From Amoebidium appalachense (taxonomy: Eukaryota; Protista; Ichthyosporea): DNA of 64,000 bases. The notes beneath the pieces are model-generated. The model worked only from the letters and a program-made list of their open reading frames with translations. It was not told the origin of the DNA and made no database searches. A program made the position numbers and the translations under genes. The stretch lies in the NCBI GenBank assembly GCA_963693365.1, contig CAVNZM010000016.1, positions 3,747,957 to 3,811,956 on the forward strand, in the 5' to 3' direction. Of this stretch, positions 61,951 to 64,000 are shown piece by piece. Each line of letters starts with the position of its first letter. Position 1 is the stretch's first letter.

Positions 61951-62264
61951 GCTAATCAGGTGTGGGCGTGTGGGCATGTGTTTGTGTCGGGTGAGGAGCA
62001 AGCCGGGCGGTGCATGGGTGGGTGGGGAGGTGGGAGGAGGGGGGGGGGGGAAGTGGGGAAGGAAGGGAGGGAGGGAGATTGTGGGGCTCCGAGGGGGAAT
62101 GATGGAGAGATGGTTAGCCCGTGCAGTGTGTGTGTGTGTGTGGGGAGGGGGGGGGGGGGGGGGGGGGAGAGGGGGGGGGGGGGGGGGGGGGAGGGTTAAT
62201 CGGATGGTGATTAGGAGTTTTTGTTTGGTTTCTTTTCCTTCTTTTCCTTTTTTGGGGGGGGGGG

Positions 62265-62302
<38 letters not shown>

Positions 62303-62392
62303 CTTTCTCCCTCCCCCTTTTTTTTTCTCCTCCTTGAATGGTTTTATCTCTGTTCTGACATCTCTTGGTCTCACTTACCCTCCAGACATTGA
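57467..62392 (+). CDS. F-box/leucine-rich-repeat protein (about 568 aa). Exons 57467-57500, 58082-59537, 61015-61224, 62386-62392
   Basis: AAAA-ATG start with a GTAAGT donor; phases consistent. F-box [31 protein letters not shown]. Many LxxCxxLxxLxL repeats (e.g. [39 protein letters not shown]). Confidence 0.9.
59892..59954. repeat. 26-bp minisatellite (2.4 copies) in an F-box intron
   Basis: CCCGAATAGCTTCCATGACCCAATGA repeated with no spacer. Confidence 0.9.
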
Positions 62393-62752
62393 CGTGCCTG
62401 GATTCGGCGGATCGACGGACAGACACCAGTAAGTCATAACCCTAAATTAAAATTATTAAAAAATAAAATTAAAAGATTATGAGTCATGAACCACACCCTT
62501 TTGGTGTCGGTGTCCTTAGACATTTCTCTATACAACAGCCATATATGTATTTAGATTAGATATACATAGCATGACATCTCAAGATAGGAGCTCGAAGGAC
62601 GTGTGGGCGGACACGGAGTGTGTGTTTATGTGTGTTGGGGACTTTTGGTTTTACTTTCGAGAGGGGGGGGGGGGGGGGGGGGGTTCTGCATGGTGTTTAG
62701 TGCCCGTTGATTGATATTAATAGTTTTTGAGCTTGAAGTCATTTTCCCAAAT

Positions 62753-62784
<32 letters not shown>

Positions 62785-64000
62785 GAACTTTTTGTCTGGG
62801 CTGTGAATGGGAGACACTACTCTGTAGTATGATTGTGTCGTATGGGAACTATTGTAACGAAGGCGCAATGTTCTTTTTTTTCTTTTTTTTTTTTTGTTTG
62901 TTTGTTTGTTTTTTGGACTTCGTACTCTTTATTCGCCGGAGACTCTTAGGTCTACCTGAGTGGAATATATCACAATCGTACCAAGTCTATATCTTGCCCA
63001 TTATTCGTTCAAGCCACATTCACACACTGTTACATTTCAACGTTAACAACAACCTTATGTTTTTATGATCTGTATCTACATTTTTATTGACTCAACGCAC
63101 ATGCGTAGATGTGATTGGTTGACTATGTGTAAATATATCCGAATGTTGTGTCAACACTACCAATTTTTAATATCAGCTGGCATCATGAGCCACCATTGTT
63201 ATTATCGCCTATGTCGTGCATATGCATGCTGCAACCAACTTTCATCGTCATTGTACACGAAACGCACTTACACTGTTCTATATAGTAATCCTCCCCCCTC
63301 CCCCCCTCCCCCCCCCCCCCCCCCCCCCCCAAACATACACACACACACATGTGCGCACGCGCTTGCTTACAAACACCAGTAGCAGCCCCCCCCCTCTTCC
63401 CCCCCCCCCCCCCCCCCCCCTCTCTCTCCTCCTCCTCCTCCTCACAACAACAACAACAAAAAAAGAAAAAGAAAAAAAAACCTTCTCCTCCTCCTCCTCC
63501 TCACAACAACAACAAAAAAAAAAACAAAAAAAAAAAAACGGTACATATATACACGTACTACTGTGACAGTACTAGTCCTGACCTCCCCCGCCCCGGCCCC
63601 CACACCGATAGATTCGAAAATAGCAGCGCACCCATCCGTGCACCCATACACAGACACACACACACACACACATTCACACACATACACACAGACACACACA
63701 CACAGACACATTCACACACACACATTCAGACACACATACACACACAGACACACACACACACACACATTCACACACACATACACACAGACACACACACACA
63801 CACACATTCACACACACATACACACATACACACACACACACACACATTCACACACACATACACACACACATACACACAGACACACAGACACACACACACA
63901 CGTGCACACACATGCACATACACGTGTGCATACACTACACATGCACACACGTCACGCACAGTCACTCACATATACACATCCATGCAGCCTGCACAGGTGC

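Overview
Eukaryotic, intron-rich genomic DNA whose introns are packed with poly-C/G, (CA)n/(GT)n, (CT)n and poly-A/T tracts. Almost all ORFs in the supplied track are microsatellite noise. Gene content suggests a unicellular holozoan, perhaps an ichthyosporean, but this is inference. Splicing exons by hand at GT-AG with phase checks gives seven genes and one transposon: the 3' end of a PRMT7-like methyltransferase (+); an intronless 426-aa protein with ten CNE(H/Q)R repeats (-); a 3.2-kb defective P-element/THAP transposon (36-bp perfect TIRs, 8-bp TSD); a type I membrane C-type lectin receptor with a Tyr/PxxP signalling tail (+, possibly damaged); an LTA4H-like M1 aminopeptidase with a signal peptide-like N-terminus and an altered GXMEN motif (-); a syntaxin-1-like Qa-SNARE with two C1 zinc fingers between the N-peptide and Habc (-); a GPI-anchored Ser/Thr-rich protein (-); and an F-box/LRR gene (+). 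There are also a separate P-type excision footprint and several MITEs. The most striking items are the C1-C1-syntaxin fusion, the oriented GT/G...CA/C intron architecture with non-pyrimidine acceptors, the CNEHR-repeat protein and the P footprint.
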